Source of the DNA: Thermofilaceae archaeon
Lineage (GTDB): Archaea; Thermoproteota; Thermoprotei; Thermofilales; Thermofilaceae
Assembly: GCA_038727095.1 (NCBI GenBank)
Contig: JAVYWK010000004.1
Location: 1-64,000, forward strand
Direction: 5' to 3'
Length of the DNA: 64,000 nucleotides
Every line of letters starts with the position of its first letter. The first letter of the stretch is position 1. This document shows, in pieces, positions 28,413 to 38,184 of the stretch. The notes beneath the pieces were generated by a model. The model was not told the DNA's origin, did not search any database, and was given only the letters and a program-made list of their open reading frames with translations. The translations under genes and the position numbers were made by a program.

Positions 28413-31400
28413 GGGGTGTGGGGATAGTTAGCCTGTATAGAAGCGGGAGGCTCAAGGTTTGGCAAGATGTCTTTAACAGGGCGTTGGACGATAAGGCAGC
28501 GCCGGATTTGGGAGACGTGGTTGAGGGTCGGGAGCCTCTGTACTCGAACCCGGACGAGTTTTTCGCTAGAACCTATATGACGAGGTCCTTGGAGAACTTG
28601 ATAAGGGAGGTTGCGGATGCCCTCGAGAACAGGGAGGGTGGATCGATCTTTCTGCTAACTTCGCTGTACGGTGGAGGGAAGACTCACGCGATGATCGCGC
28701 TGTACCACGCTTTCACCAGGCCCGAGTCGTTGATGAAAATCGATGATCGCCTGGCGGCAAGGGTTGCGAGTGTAAAGCCTCTGGTTGTGGCGATAGATGG
28801 CACGAGAAAGAGCTTAGCCCCCACCCCTAGAGAACCTTACAGTGCTGGAGGTTTCACTATAAGGACTTTGTGGGGGATGCTCGCCTACAGGCTAGGGGCT
28901 TACGCCCGGGTCATGGATCTGGACAAGCCCGAAGCTCATCCGCCTTTCGTGGACACTCTGATAGAGATTTTGAAGGAGCCGAAGAGGCCGGTTCTCATAC
29001 TGATTGATGAGATAATGCCGCACATCTACACGGTTAGCAGAGCGGAGGAGCTGAAACGCTACGCTGAGAATATCATAATGTTCATGGGGTACTTGGCTAG
29101 GGCCGTTGAGAGGACTCCTAGAGTTGCGTTACTGGTTTCTCTTCAGCTGGAGCGGCGAGGCGACGAAATAGTTGAAGAGGAGATTTACGCTGGCTTGGCG
29201 GCGAGGCTTTACAACGAACTTCATAGGGAGACTACACGGGTGGTGACGCCGGTTACCCCAACCGATGTCGTCCAGATACTCAAGAAGAGGATCTTTCAAG
29301 AGATCCCGGAGGACGAAGCTAGTAGGGCTAGAGAACTCCTGTACTCGGCGTACAAGCAGTACCCGGAGCTCTTCGGCACCGAATCCGACTGGCAGTACTC
29401 GATTGAGGAAGGGGGGAGGGTACTCTCGCCGAAGGATACATACCCCTTCCACCCCAAGTACATCGAGGTTATCCAGGAATTTATCTCGAGGAATAGAGAC
29501 TTAAGGCGGACTAGAGACGCGATAAGGCTTACGAGGAAGGTTGTTAGAAGGATTCTGGGAGGTAGAGGGGATCCAACGTTCATAATGCCTTGGCACGTGG
29601 ACATAAGGGACCCGGATATAAGAAACCTTGTTTTAACAGAAAGCCGTAGGGAGTTTAGAGATGTTGCCTCGAGGGATATCGTGGATGAGGATGGAAGGCT
29701 CGGGGAGATAGCTGGGTGCAGTAGACCGGGGCTAGCTTACAGAGTGGCGGTATCAATCCTGCTTAAGGTTTACACGTATGAGACCTTCAAGATTCCGTTG
29801 AGGACTTTCCCAACCTTAAGGGATGTTGCACTCATGACCTATGATCCAGAGACGTTCTCTTCGGATGGTCTACAACCTCCAGATATAAAAACGACCTTAG
29901 ATGAGATGGTTACTCGTTTGAGTCATTTTAACTTCCAAGACGGAAGGTACTGGTTTGACCCGTATATTCCAATAACGGATTTGGTGGAGCGGAGAGCGAG
30001 CGAAATACTTACTGGTTCGCAGCTACCGCTTTATCGAGCGCTTGAAGGTTATGCAAGGAGGCTCTTGCTTAAACGGCCTAGGAGAGGTGAGCGTTCCGAG
30101 TGGAAGCCGTTTCTCTTCGATGAAAGAAGGACGTACATAATCGGTTACGGGGACTTGGCCTACATGGAGGGGGAGATCGAGGATAGGCCGGAGCATTGCC
30201 TTGTCGTACTCGTTAAGCCAGAGGATAGTATATCAAAGGATGAAGTTGAAAATATAATTCTAAAGTACAGGGGAGGTTTGAGAAACTACAAAAATACGAT
30301 CGCTGTGGTTCTTCCTAGACCTGGTGTCGACTTTGGGAGGCTACTTAGTCTTGCAGCGAAGATTGAGGCTGCGAGGAAGGTTGGTGAGGAGTTGAGGGAG
30401 TTTTTCAAGGGAGATGAGGAACTGTTGAGGATCAGGCGGGAGAAGCTGGAGCAGTATAGGGGAGAAGTGGAAGGTAACCTCACTAGAGAGTTGCTTTTCG
30501 CTTTAACGCGCGTTGCTTACCCGAAAATGGAGGATGGGCGCGATACGGTTCAATACGTTACGGGGACTCCTCTTGAGGCGATTATAGAGCAAGTCGAGTC
30601 TGCGCTTGAGGATCCATCCACGGGACCTAAGCTGCGGAGGAGGATAAGCTTTGAGGATCTCACGACATTCCTGAACAGGCTGCTTCAATGGGATATCGTT
30701 AACGGGGATAGGCCTATCGAGTTTGGGAGGATTCTCGAGGTCTTCTATGCCAGTACTGCTGCCCCCTTCACTAGGAGAGATGTTGTAGAGGGCGCGATTC
30801 TCGAGGGGCTTAGGAACCTAGCGATTGGAGTGAGGATGGGAGGTGAAGTGTACTGGAAGAGCTTGGGTGGGAAAGAGGCGAAACTGCCCGATCGTTTACG
30901 TGACGATGCGGAGATACTGCCGCTTAAGCTGGCGGCTCGAGATTTCGCTGAGAGGCTGTTATCTAAGGAGGGGCAATTCCCCGAGGAGGGTAAGCTTCGC
31001 GTGGTATGGTATGAAGTTGAGTACGGGGGTCAACGCTTCAGGCTCAGGGACCTTGTGGATCAGCCCGGGTGGGTTGAGATCCTTAAAGAGGGCGTGGTTT
31101 ACGAGAGAAGCGAGGTTATTGAGCGAGGGTTCGTGGTCAATGTCCAGCCGAGCTTAGTTGAAGTGGATGAAGGTAGGGCTGTTGAGGTAGAGGTTTCTGT
31201 AGAGCCCGTTGGTGGGTACGATTCAGAGGTTAAGCTTCGAGTGGACGAGGGTACGGTTACGCCGTCCTCGGGTAGGCCGCCGTTTACGGCGAAGTGGAGG
31301 ATCGGGCCGCTAGCGGCTGGTAGGCATGCGATCAGGGTTGTAGCGGAGGGCGATGGGTACAGCAGGGAAGGGATTCTCACGGTATCTGTTAGGAGTTTGG

Positions 31401-31771
31401 AGGAGGAGGTTATTGTCAAGAGGCTTGATTTTAGCCATGTTGAGGCAAAACTCGCTGAAATCTCCGTGAGGGATTTAATGTACGCTCAGATGGCTCTCAG
31501 TAGGATTGCCCAGTTCAACGCGAAGGCGAAAGTGGATCTATCCGTTAGGATCAGTGGCAGCATAGTATTGAACGGCTCCGATGTTGATGCTAAGCTTGCT
31601 GAGCTCGTTATCCAGAGAATATCCGATCTGTCGAGGCTCGCTCCCACAGAGGCAACGGTATCGATAAAGATTGTTGAGCCGCTAGTACTGCACGCAGGGG
31701 GGATAGCAGCGCTCAATGTTCTCGCTGATAAAGCCGACTTTAAGCTAAGGATTAGGAGAGGCGCGAGCTAG
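28370..31771 (+). CDS. DUF499 AAA+ ATPase
   Basis: PDEFFARTY, Walker A LYGGGKTH, Walker B ILIDE, YPFHP, RTRDAIRL. Confidence 0.9.
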   Translation: MREDPYTVPSTFRVRGVGIVSLYRSGRLKVWQDVFNRALDDKAAPDLGDVVEGREPLYSNPDEFFARTYMTRSLENLIREVADALENREGGSIFLLTSLYGGGKTHAMIALYHAFTRPESLMKIDDRLAARVASVKPLVVAIDGTRKSLAPTPREPYSAGGFTIRTLWGMLAYRLGAYARVMDLDKPEAHPPFVDTLIEILKEPKRPVLILIDEIMPHIYTVSRAEELKRYAENIIMFMGYLARAVERTPRVALLVSLQLERRGDEIVEEEIYAGLAARLYNELHRETTRVVTPVTPTDVVQILKKRIFQEIPEDEASRARELLYSAYKQYPELFGTESDWQYSIEEGGRVLSPKDTYPFHPKYIEVIQEFISRNRDLRRTRDAIRLTRKVVRRILGGRGDPTFIMPWHVDIRDPDIRNLVLTESRREFRDVASRDIVDEDGRLGEIAGCSRPGLAYRVAVSILLKVYTYETFKIPLRTFPTLRDVALMTYDPETFSSDGLQPPDIKTTLDEMVTRLSHFNFQDGRYWFDPYIPITDLVERRASEILTGSQLPLYRALEGYARRLLLKRPRRGERSEWKPFLFDERRTYIIGYGDLAYMEGEIEDRPEHCLVVLVKPEDSISKDEVENIILKYRGGLRNYKNTIAVVLPRPGVDFGRLLSLAAKIEAARKVGEELREFFKGDEELLRIRREKLEQYRGEVEGNLTRELLFALTRVAYPKMEDGRDTVQYVTGTPLEAIIEQVESALEDPSTGPKLRRRISFEDLTTFLNRLLQWDIVNGDRPIEFGRILEVFYASTAAPFTRRDVVEGAILEGLRNLAIGVRMGGEVYWKSLGGKEAKLPDRLRDDAEILPLKLAARDFAERLLSKEGQFPEEGKLRVVWYEVEYGGQRFRLRDLVDQPGWVEILKEGVVYERSEVIERGFVVNVQPSLVEVDEGRAVEVEVSVEPVGGYDSEVKLRVDEGTVTPSSGRPPFTAKWRIGPLAAGRHAIRVVAEGDGYSREGILTVSVRSLEEEVIVKRLDFSHVEAKLAEISVRDLMYAQMALSRIAQFNAKAKVDLSVRISGSIVLNGSDVDAKLAELVIQRISDLSRLAPTEATVSIKIVEPLVLHAGGIAALNVLADKADFKLRIRRGAS

Positions 31772-31934
31772 GGCATAACCTACTTTCTAGTAGCGAGACT
31801 CCTCTGCTGCTTTATCTAGTCGTGTGTGGGCAGCTATATTAAATGGGAGGAGAACGGAGGTTGCGGTCGTGGTTGCCTAGCTCGAATGGGACCGTAAGCG
31901 TTTTTAAATATTAATTTAGAGTTGAGACGAGAGG

Positions 31935-34928
31935 ATGAAAGTAACGCTGTCTCTTAGAGAGGCTGCCCAGAGTCTTGTAGTAAACTTGATCGAGAATTTT
32001 AGTGTTCATCCCCTGATAGCACCCTTTCTCCGCACATCTAGAGAGAATCCCCCGCAGCTCTATCTCCATCAACATGAGGTTTTGGCTAGGCTTGCACCTA
32101 GGCTACCGATTAGGGCTCTCATTGCAGATGAGATAGGCCTCGGGAAGACCGTAACGGCAATAGCTGTTATGAAGTACCTTGAAGCCATTGGTAGGGTAAA
32201 GAGGACGCTTATTATCGTACCGAGGGTTCTTGTTCAACAGTGGCGTAAGGAGCTTATCAGAATGGGTATTCCCGCTTCTAGGATATTTCACCTGGAGCGT
32301 TCGACCATCAGGGGGTTGGAGGCGCAGGGGTTCCCTGAGGGGTGCTACATAGCTTCTATGGATCTACTAAAGAGGGAGAGGCACCTTGAGAGGGTTATTG
32401 ATGCTCCGTGGGATCTGATAATAGTCGATGAGGTGCACAGGTTTGGCCACAGGACTGAAAGGTTCTATAACATTGGAAAGCAGCTTATCGAAGCGCACCC
32501 TGAGAGGAATGTCCTATTCCTTTCAGCGACACCTCATAGGGGGGATGCCAGGGATTATATCGAGAGGCTTAAGCTGCTAGACCCCTTTCTAGAGGATTGG
32601 AGGGAGCTCGATCAGAGGAGTTTCTATGAGGCTACACACTCCGCGTTGCTCTTTAGGAGGACGAAGGAGGACATCAACAATGTTTACGAGGGGAAGCGTA
32701 TCTTCCCGCCCGCTCGATTCTATGCATGCTTAGTCGAATCAAGCGATCTGGAAAACAGGTTTGTCGAAGAGTTGGTCCGTTTCCTAAAGAGTAAGCTCGT
32801 AGAACTAGTGTACGAGAAGAGGCTTCTGAACGAGAGGGTTATTCCGCTGTTAACGGTTCTCGTGTTTAAGAGGGCTTCCTCAAGTCCGTACGCAGCTTAC
32901 ACTACGATGCAGAGGTTGCTTGCCAGAAGAGCTGGGGTTGACGAACACAAGCTGAGGGGTCTTGTGGCGTCGGTTCGATCCTTCTTTAAGATCGGTTACG
33001 AGGAGTACGAGTACGAAGAGAGAGACCCTGACGAGGTGTTCAACGAGTTCCTTGAGGAAGCGTCGGCGCTGTTGAAACCAGGGGATGTCTCGAAGATAAG
33101 AGAGCTGAGGGATATGGCTGAAAGGATAATGAAGACGCGTGATACCAAGCTAAACGCGCTTTGCAGGCTGCTGGAGTGGGTTTCGGAGCAAGGGTTTAAG
33201 GCTGTGGTTTTCACCGAGTACAAGGATACGCTCCGGTACCTCTACGAACAGCTAACTCTCAGACACCCGGAGTGGGCGAAGGGCATTCTGACGCTGAGCT
33301 CGGAAGAGACTCGCAATGAAGAGGCTTTTCAGAAGATTAAGGAGCGATTCGAAAAGGATCCTAAAGCGTGGCTGCTTATAGCGACCGATGTTGTAGCGGA
33401 GGGCGTAAACCTCCAGGTTGCGAGCATCTTGATCAACTACGAGATCCCCTGGAGCCTCGTTAAGCTTGAGCAGAGGATAGGTAGGGTTTGGAGGCTGGGG
33501 CAGAAGAGGGAGGTTGAAGTCTACACGCTGTTCATGAGGAATGTTGCAGATGAGGCCGCCCTGAATGCCATGTACGTTAAACTCCTTAACTTGAAGAGAG
33601 CCGAGCTCAAGCCGAAACCCTTTACGGGAGAGGAGATACTGGTGTACAGCGAGGATAGGGAGATCTTCGAGGCGCCACCGCAGGTTGTGGTTGAAACAAG
33701 GAAAGGGAGGAAAGCTTTCAAGAGGGTTACGGAGTACAAGACCATCCAGACGTTTATCAAAGAGGGTAGTAAGGGGCTGGAAAGGCTGGTAATGAGAATT
33801 CTCGCAGCTAAGCAGGAGATCGAGAAGGAGTTGAAGAGTAAGGGTGTTCTCTACTTGCCTAAAACTAGAGAGGAGGCTGAAAGGGCACCTGGGGCTCTTG
33901 GCTTCAGAAATCCTTCCGTCCTTATGGAGGCGATGAAACGGCTGGTTAAGGGAGCGGCCCCACTCTTGGGTTTAACAGTTCAAGAGAGGGAGGGGGGCGC
34001 TCTCAGTATCGCTCATGGTGTTGAGATGCCAACAACCCTCTACACTCTCGACGACTTTTTCGGCCTCTTTCGCGCAAAGAGGGGGGCGCCTCCTGTAACC
34101 ATTGTCTCTTACGGCGAGATGAGCGATGAGCTTCTACTATTAAACGTGAAAGTAACGTGTAAGGGCATCCCGATTTACTGCGAACCCGTAGGGGTTTACC
34201 GCAGAAGCGGTAGAGTTCTGAGAGGGGAAGAGCTAATTCTCGATGTCTCTAAGGCTCTTTCCAGTTGCATCGGGGTTTCCGAAGAGGATGTGCCAAACCT
34301 TTCGGTTAACCTAATGGCCCTTATTGAATCCAGGGTTAAGAGCTCTCTGAGCAGCATATTATCTCCTTGGTCTGATTACAGGTACAAGCTCGTAACGAGA
34401 TGCCTTCGCGACCGCGATACGTGGTTCGATACGCACGATTACGTTTTTGAATTTTCCAGACCGTTTGGCTGCATAAAGTTCGTTGAGATACCGCGCGGTG
34501 AGAAAATCGAACTTCCTGAGGAAGTTAAGCGGGAAATTGAAAAGAAAGCTGTTGAATTAGTGCTAAATTCTGAAAGGGAGGAAGGAAGAATAGCGGAAAT
34601 TGTTCCAGAAAGCGAGCATTATGACGTTAAAAGCATAGATCCGAGAAGCGGTGAGATTAGAAAAATTGAGGTAAAAGGTCATGCTGGCCCCGAGATTTAC
34701 GGCGAGCTCACGAGCTCTGAAGCCGAGCTCGCTAGAAGGGAGAGGGATAGCTATTGGCTTTACATAGTCTACGATATCATGAGCGGTTCACCAAAGCTCC
34801 TTCGCTTCAGGAACCCGCTAGAGACGATGAATTGGAGGGAAATCGAAAAGGTTGAGACGAAAATCGAGAAGCGAGTTATACTTTGGCCTAGGAGCACAAC
34901 AGCGTACGGTGAGGTGGGCCGTGGTTAA
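31935..34928 (+). CDS. SNF2-family helicase with C-terminal DUF3883 (PD-(D/E)xK) nuclease
   Basis: ADEIGLGKT, DEVH, SATPH, EGVNLQ, EQRIGRVWR; C-terminal HYDVKS..IEVKG..YWLYIV. Confidence 0.92.
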   Translation: MKVTLSLREAAQSLVVNLIENFSVHPLIAPFLRTSRENPPQLYLHQHEVLARLAPRLPIRALIADEIGLGKTVTAIAVMKYLEAIGRVKRTLIIVPRVLVQQWRKELIRMGIPASRIFHLERSTIRGLEAQGFPEGCYIASMDLLKRERHLERVIDAPWDLIIVDEVHRFGHRTERFYNIGKQLIEAHPERNVLFLSATPHRGDARDYIERLKLLDPFLEDWRELDQRSFYEATHSALLFRRTKEDINNVYEGKRIFPPARFYACLVESSDLENRFVEELVRFLKSKLVELVYEKRLLNERVIPLLTVLVFKRASSSPYAAYTTMQRLLARRAGVDEHKLRGLVASVRSFFKIGYEEYEYEERDPDEVFNEFLEEASALLKPGDVSKIRELRDMAERIMKTRDTKLNALCRLLEWVSEQGFKAVVFTEYKDTLRYLYEQLTLRHPEWAKGILTLSSEETRNEEAFQKIKERFEKDPKAWLLIATDVVAEGVNLQVASILINYEIPWSLVKLEQRIGRVWRLGQKREVEVYTLFMRNVADEAALNAMYVKLLNLKRAELKPKPFTGEEILVYSEDREIFEAPPQVVVETRKGRKAFKRVTEYKTIQTFIKEGSKGLERLVMRILAAKQEIEKELKSKGVLYLPKTREEAERAPGALGFRNPSVLMEAMKRLVKGAAPLLGLTVQEREGGALSIAHGVEMPTTLYTLDDFFGLFRAKRGAPPVTIVSYGEMSDELLLLNVKVTCKGIPIYCEPVGVYRRSGRVLRGEELILDVSKALSSCIGVSEEDVPNLSVNLMALIESRVKSSLSSILSPWSDYRYKLVTRCLRDRDTWFDTHDYVFEFSRPFGCIKFVEIPRGEKIELPEEVKREIEKKAVELVLNSEREEGRIAEIVPESEHYDVKSIDPRSGEIRKIEVKGHAGPEIYGELTSSEAELARRERDSYWLYIVYDIMSGSPKLLRFRNPLETMNWREIEKVETKIEKRVILWPRSTTAYGEVGRG

Positions 34929-36126
34929 TGTCAGGGTGCTGAGTGGGAAGGGTCATGTTGGCGGAAACTTCATTAGGGTGGAGGATGGAGATCGAGTACT
35001 GATATTCGATCAGGGTATAAGGTTCGACGTTTTAGCTCGCTACTACGGCGGCTTCATTGCGCCTAGGAGCCTACACGAGCTTCGGGAGGTTGGCGCGATA
35101 CCCAAAGCCGAATGGTACGCTGGCGCTTCAGCAGTGTATATTTCCCACATGCATCTGGATCATCTGGGCCTGCTCGCGAACATACCCGCGAAGGTTAAGG
35201 TTTACATTCCAAGCCTGAGCGTGTACGAGATCTTGGAGGAAAAGTGGCGGGATTCGCCCACTTGGCTTTCGATGGTTCCTAGGAAATACTACGTGGAACT
35301 TGAAGAGGTAAGACCCCTAGAAGCGGACGAGAATAACGTCATGCCGCTGCCCGTTTCTCACAGCGCATACCCGGCGTACGCATTCCTGTACTTCGGGAGT
35401 GATGAAACAGTGCTGTATACGGGCGATTTCAGGGTTGAGGGCTTTCACTCTGATGAGCTGTGGGATCGTCCATTGATGCTGGATTATCTCAGCGAGAATC
35501 GGGACATCAGGGTCGATAGGTTGGTGATAGAGGGTACGAACTTAGGCGTTCACAGGTCTCCCATATCTCCGGCTGAGGAGGAATCCATGTTCAAGAGGAT
35601 ACTATCTGTGCACTCTCTCGTCGTCACAACTATGCACCCGCTTGACGCAGAGTACGCGCTCTTCGTAGCCAGTCTCGCAAGAGATTACAATAGACCCCTC
35701 TACATAGCATCGGATGAGATTGCGAAACTGGTTGAACTAACCGATTTGCCTACAGACGCGATGATTCTCGATAAGTATGTGAAAGCGATGTCTCGCCTAG
35801 AAAGGGCTGAGGTTGCCGATATTGGGGATAGCGCGCTGATCATCGCGCCCTACAGCAGAATTGTGGATCTACTGAGGGATTTACGAGCAGAAGGCAACTT
35901 GCCGCCTAACGCTGCAGTTACACTCTCGGAGCCGGAACCGCAGGTTGAGGAGGCTCAGGAGTACGGTGCACTCATGAACTGGTTCGCCAAGCTAGGTGTT
36001 CAAAGTTACGCAATGAGGGTTTCAGGCCACTACTACCCTTACCAGCTGAACAAAATCGTGAGAATATTAAAGCCGAAGGAAATCGAACTAGTGCACAGCA
36101 CTCGTACAAGTATCAGCCACGCGTGA
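34852..36126 (+). CDS. MBL-fold / beta-CASP (RNase J-like) metallo-hydrolase (start likely GTG 34921)
   Basis: VGGNFI, FDQG, SHMHLDH, VSHS, YTGDFR, IEGTN, SGHYY, VHS; overlaps the helicase stop. Confidence 0.88.
   Translation: MRRKSRSELYFGLGAQQRTVRWAVVNVRVLSGKGHVGGNFIRVEDGDRVLIFDQGIRFDVLARYYGGFIAPRSLHELREVGAIPKAEWYAGASAVYISHMHLDHLGLLANIPAKVKVYIPSLSVYEILEEKWRDSPTWLSMVPRKYYVELEEVRPLEADENNVMPLPVSHSAYPAYAFLYFGSDETVLYTGDFRVEGFHSDELWDRPLMLDYLSENRDIRVDRLVIEGTNLGVHRSPISPAEEESMFKRILSVHSLVVTTMHPLDAEYALFVASLARDYNRPLYIASDEIAKLVELTDLPTDAMILDKYVKAMSRLERAEVADIGDSALIIAPYSRIVDLLRDLRAEGNLPPNAAVTLSEPEPQVEEAQEYGALMNWFAKLGVQSYAMRVSGHYYPYQLNKIVRILKPKEIELVHSTRTSISHA
35961..36036 (+). repeat. 76-bp direct repeat, copy 1 (in the MBL gene 3' end)
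   Basis: 73/76 identical to 36538-36613 by manual comparison. Confidence 0.9.
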
Positions 36127-36460
36127 CAGGCCTCCAGTAATCTCTTCCTGGGTACTCGATGATCCAAAGAACCCTGCTCGCTGGAGGCTTGTCCCGAGGG
36201 ATGCGCTGGAGCGGCTTGGGGTTCGAGTGCTGCCCGGTCCTCAGAAGCTGAGTGGGGAGGTTGTGGGCGCTCTGAAGGGTCTCCTGACTGTGCGTGTATC
36301 GCCGTAGCGCCCGGTTAGAGGTTGAAGTTTAGATCTGCACTAAATTGTTTCTCTGTTTTTCCTAGCGGATGGGGGTGGGGAGGCAGGGTGCTCGATGGGG
36401 GTTTTGCGCGTGGGTTCGCCGCTGTTTTCACGTGATTAGGCTTTCAAGTTAGGGGGTAGC

Positions 36461-36530
36461 TTGGGGTATTTTTCGCCTGAGCCGAAGAGGAGTAGGGAGG
36501 ATTTCTTCGATATGGAGCAGGAGCTGCGGG
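36461..36530 (+). pseudogene. N-terminal scrap of an archaeal ATP-binding protein
   Basis: Reads MGYFSPEPKRSREDFFDMEQELR from TTG 36461, similar to the F..PK..REDFFD start of archaeal ATPases. Confidence 0.5.
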
Positions 36531-36537
36531 TTTAGGG

Positions 36538-36730
36538 GTACAGTGCACTCATGAACTGGTTCACCAAGCTAGGTGTTCAAAGTTACGCCATGAGGGTTTC
36601 AGGCCACTACTACGCTCACGAGCTTAGGCGCTAGAGCTGATTAGGCCGGAGGGCATCATCCCTGTTCACACTGAGGCCCCAGATCTGTTGCTTGACTTGG
36701 CCAGGAGATTTAGAACTTGGTTTAGCTAGC
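36538..36730 (+). pseudogene. Second, alternative 3' end of the MBL hydrolase (repeat copy 2 plus different tail)
   Basis: ALMNWFTKLGVQSYAMRVSGHYYAHELR, then after a frameshift LELIRPEGIIPVHTEAP. Confidence 0.8.
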
Positions 36731-36896
36731 TAGCTCCACCTCAAGGTGTTTGACGCGGTAAAGTGCGCGCTCTTCAATCTGTTTTGTGAACTCGACGCTG
36801 TCGCGGTTGGGCTCTATAGAAAATTGAACTTGTCTCCGTAGGTTGCTGGAAGATCGATTAGACTCAGCGGCGCAGTTTTTAAGTGAATGGTCTGGG

Positions 36897-38126
36897 TTAG
36901 AAGAATGAGTCGAGTTTATCTGATTTTGGTTTAAATTGTTCAGTTAGTTTGTTTATTCTCTTGATACTTTCAGCATCTTCTCTCAGTGACTTTTTGCTTT
37001 CTAGGTAATTGCGTGAGCTCTCGAAGGGACCCCATGCGCCTTCTTTGAGCGACTGTTGCAGTGTGAGTGCTTCACTGATGATGAGCTTCGCGTTGAAGCT
37101 TCGAATCCTTTTTGGTAGATTTCGGTCGTGAGGTTCTTCTGCGTCTTCGAGCAATTTCTGTAGCTGTTCTTTCTCGCGCGTTGAAAGGGCGTGCTCTGAT
37201 AGTGCTCGTGGGAGAGAGACGTAGGCGTAGAAGTTCCTGCTTAGTATCTTTAACCTTTCTTCGAATTTTTTCTCCTTTTTGGATTTCTCTATTACTTCTC
37301 CGGGAATCGGTATTCTCTTATGGTTGGCTGCGTACGCATCTAATCGTACGAAGTACGATGCCAGGTCTCTTGCTGGTAACTCATCGTACTTTAACGCTAG
37401 TTTACTATACTTCACGTTTAGACCAAGGATGGCGACTGGTTCGCCTGTCTCGGCTTCGATGGCTCTAGCGAACCTTAGGATGAAGTTGTGGAACGTGTAT
37501 CTGGATATTGGGTTTGACCCGTTGTAGTCGACGCATAGAAGGTTTGTTAGGTATCTTTCATTCTCGTTTGCGAAGCTCATGTACAGTTCTATGAGCTTTT
37601 CGAGGGTTTCGCGCGAAATGAACGGCGGAATCGTCAGAGCCACGTGAACCCCGTGTGTAGTTATTGCTTCGAGAAACTCCCTCGTAAAGCCGACGATGAA
37701 CTTCTCGTTAGACCGATGGAACGCGGGTGTGGCGACTACACCTGCTCTAGGGTTCGCTACTAGGTCGGCTGCGTATGTGCCGTAGGTGCGTATTTCGCTG
37801 TCTTCGCTGTAGTTACCCTCAAACAACGGTGTTATTACGACAAGCTGGTCTGCGGGTATTCTCCTGATTTTCCTGTTGATGCGCTGTTCGAAACGACGCT
37901 GGAGTGCCTCATCCTGCCTCATCCGTTTTAGAGCATCCGGTCTAAGTATGATGGGGATCTCGATTAAGCCCCTTAGATCTCTTTCCGTAACAACTACTCC
38001 GTCAATTTGGGAGGGGCTTACGGCGAAGCTTGGTGTACTGAAGGAGCTTGTACGATGTTTAATCTCGAGAGAGCGCGCAAGCGTGTCCGTGTCTTCTCTC
38101 GTGAGCTTGATGCTTATACCCGCCAT
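36897..38126 (-). CDS. Hypothetical protein, possible TGT-like TIM barrel
   Basis: 409 aa; N-terminal ARSLEIKH..FSTP resembles the TGT 'aR.g.l..hg.i.TP' start; alternating beta/alpha pattern. The fold call is tentative. Confidence 0.6.
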   Translation of the reverse strand: MAGISIKLTREDTDTLARSLEIKHRTSSFSTPSFAVSPSQIDGVVVTERDLRGLIEIPIILRPDALKRMRQDEALQRRFEQRINRKIRRIPADQLVVITPLFEGNYSEDSEIRTYGTYAADLVANPRAGVVATPAFHRSNEKFIVGFTREFLEAITTHGVHVALTIPPFISRETLEKLIELYMSFANENERYLTNLLCVDYNGSNPISRYTFHNFILRFARAIEAETGEPVAILGLNVKYSKLALKYDELPARDLASYFVRLDAYAANHKRIPIPGEVIEKSKKEKKFEERLKILSRNFYAYVSLPRALSEHALSTREKEQLQKLLEDAEEPHDRNLPKRIRSFNAKLIISEALTLQQSLKEGAWGPFESSRNYLESKKSLREDAESIKRINKLTEQFKPKSDKLDSFF

Positions 38127-38184
38127 AACAGATCGGCCTTTGCAATTGAGTTGGTGAGCAACGAGTAAAATTTAGAAGTTTCGC

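Noticed and set aside
25431-34928. Canonical BREX or type I/III RM call
   Set aside because: No PglZ, BrxL or HsdS is present; the motifs fit the DUF1156/DUF499/SNF2 family instead.
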